Source of the DNA: an uncultured archaeon
GTDB lineage: Archaea > Nanobdellota > Nanobdellia > Pacearchaeales > GW2011-AR1
DNA: 64,000 bases
Reading direction: 5' to 3'
Assembly (NCBI GenBank): GCA_903866625.1
Contig: CAIPOI010000005.1
Coordinates: 127,178-191,177, forward strand
Below, piece after piece: positions 62,781-64,000 of the stretch (the first letter of the stretch is position 1; every line of letters starts with the position of its first letter). The notes under the pieces were generated by a model that was not told the DNA's origin, did not search any database, and was given only the letters and a program-made list of their open reading frames with translations. The translations under genes and the position numbers were made by a program.

Positions 62781-64000
62781 TTAAGCTTTCACAACTAAAC
62801 TTTCTTTAAGTTCCTGCTGTTTTTCTTGCAAGAATTCAATTTCAGGTTCGCTTAGATTCATCCGCTTAATTGTATTATTATCAATAATTCTGGCAATTAT
62901 ATTGAAATCATTTACCGCTCTTCTTTTGCTGGTGTGAGTTAATTCAGCATATTTTATGGCTATAGATTTCTTTTTAGCATTTCGTTGATTAGCCATCCAG
63001 ATTTTTAGTATTCTGCTTGGGGGGTTGTATTTAGTGAATCTTTCTGGAATGTTCTTCGGACCTTTTGCCGCGGCAATACCTGCTGTTAAAAAGAAGTTTT
63101 GATAAGTTAAAAAGTGCCAGTATTGCTGTTTGTATATTCTTCCCTTAAATAAATCTGCTTTACTTAAGGCATTAAAAGCTTTAGCAAGTTCTTCACCACG
63201 ATATTCTTTGGAAATGTTTTCTTCTACCCAAAGAGTTATTTGATCTAAATCCATATCTACGCTTTCGAACAAGCTTAATACTTCTTCATCCGCTCTTCTT
63301 TTGAATAGGGTCTTTAGTGCATTGAAAATATCCTGTGATTTTTCTCTTACCGAAATTACTTCACTTGCGGTTGCTTCATCAACTTCTGAATCTATGATGG
63401 ATTGTAGGTCATTTAGGGCTGCTCTTAAGTCTCCTCGAGATTTTGCAGCTATTTCTTTTAGTATATTTTCTGAAACAATTTTATTCTCTTTTTTAACTAT
63501 ATTTTTTAATATATCCAAAGTAATTTGATAGGTTAATTCTTTCATAGGTATCATTTCACATTTGCTTCTTAGAAGATTAAACTTATTTTGCCAGATATCA
63601 TTGCAGGTTATGATTATTGGAAATTTTGTTTTTTCAATTAAAGCTATAAGTTCAGCTATACCTCCATATTCTGTGGAAGTAACTCCATCTACTTCATCAA
63701 CTAAAATTATTTTTCCTTTATTAAACAAAGACTTTTGAAGTGTGGAAGGTTTTAAAACTTCGTCGAGTTTTGCACGATTTCTTAAATCTGAAGCATTTAG
63801 TTCAAACAATTCTGAATTTGTTTCATTTGCGCAGATTAGTGCTAGTGTTGTTTTACCAGTTCCTGCTGGACCATAAAGAAGTACTGCTTTTTTCTTAGTA
63901 ATATCTGGATTAAATGAACTTAAGAACGCCTTTACTTTGTATAAAGCTAAATCTTGACCCCTTAGTTCTATAAATTTTTTAGGTCTGTATTTCTCAAAAA
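62781..64000 (-). CDS. rfcL: replication factor C large subunit (partial; extreme N-terminus beyond the right window edge)
   Basis: The ORF continues upstream of the track Met. My translation to the window end is ..FEKYRPKKFIELRGQDLALYKVKAFL...VLLYGPAGTGKTTLALICANETNSELFELNASDLR, followed by ILVDEVDG (Walker B). Confidence 0.85.
   Translation of the reverse strand, partial: FEKYRPKKFIELRGQDLALYKVKAFLSSFNPDITKKKAVLLYGPAGTGKTTLALICANETNSELFELNASDLRNRAKLDEVLKPSTLQKSLFNKGKIILVDEVDGVTSTEYGGIAELIALIEKTKFPIIITCNDIWQNKFNLLRSKCEMIPMKELTYQITLDILKNIVKKENKIVSENILKEIAAKSRGDLRAALNDLQSIIDSEVDEATASEVISVREKSQDIFNALKTLFKRRADEEVLSLFESVDMDLDQITLWVEENISKEYRGEELAKAFNALSKADLFKGRIYKQQYWHFLTYQNFFLTAGIAAAKGPKNIPERFTKYNPPSRILKIWMANQRNAKKKSIAIKYAELTHTSKRRAVNDFNIIARIIDNNTIKRMNLSEPEIEFLQEKQQELKESLVVKA

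Overview
Densely coding, AT-rich archaeal chromosome segment. My spot counts on 60-nt lines give about 30% GC in core genes. Proteins are very K/I/N/E-rich, intergenic spacers are short and promoters look mostly leaderless, a style that fits a small-genome (DPANN-like) archaeon; that placement is inference only. Recognisable core genes: MCM (partial), TBP, ATP-dependent DNA ligase, L15e, endonuclease V, TrmB-family regulator, YgiQ-type radical SAM protein, MetRS, MinD, NAC, Sec61-beta (missed by the ORF track), ValRS, aRF1, ScpB, a processive GT2, RpoL, RadB, topoisomerase IA, CMP kinase, SerRS, endonuclease III, TFS, signal peptidase, CDC48, MetAP2, a NOP2/Sun methyltransferase, PolB, a PAP2 phosphatase, FEN1, Trm5, a HerA-like ATPase and the RFC large subunit (partial). 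There are three tRNAs: Ile-GAU, Gly-CCC and Lys-CUU. I saw no rRNA, CRISPR array, transposase, integrase or reverse transcriptase. The best candidate for an undescribed system is a six-gene, translationally coupled operon (29383-33264): P-loop NTPase, 61-aa protein, CYTH, 2PGK-like kinase, TRAM-less radical-SAM methylthiotransferase, and a Pol-beta nucleotidyltransferase with an OB-like tail. It shows an abrupt GC drop in the middle. Other notable points: a GTGATA-AA-TATCAC palindrome next to the TrmB-family gene; a 13-bp duplication of the tRNA-Gly 3' end; a TATA-like element phased about 25 nt upstream of many ATGs, including one shared TATA for PAP2/FEN1 and interleaved promoters for ValRS/Sec61-beta; a structured leader upstream of a Zn-ribbon/AbrB-like gene; a HerA-like ATPase with no NurA nearby; a cluster of paralogous membrane proteins; and many higher-GC orphan genes between housekeeping genes. 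All functional calls rest on motifs I read by eye. No database search was run.
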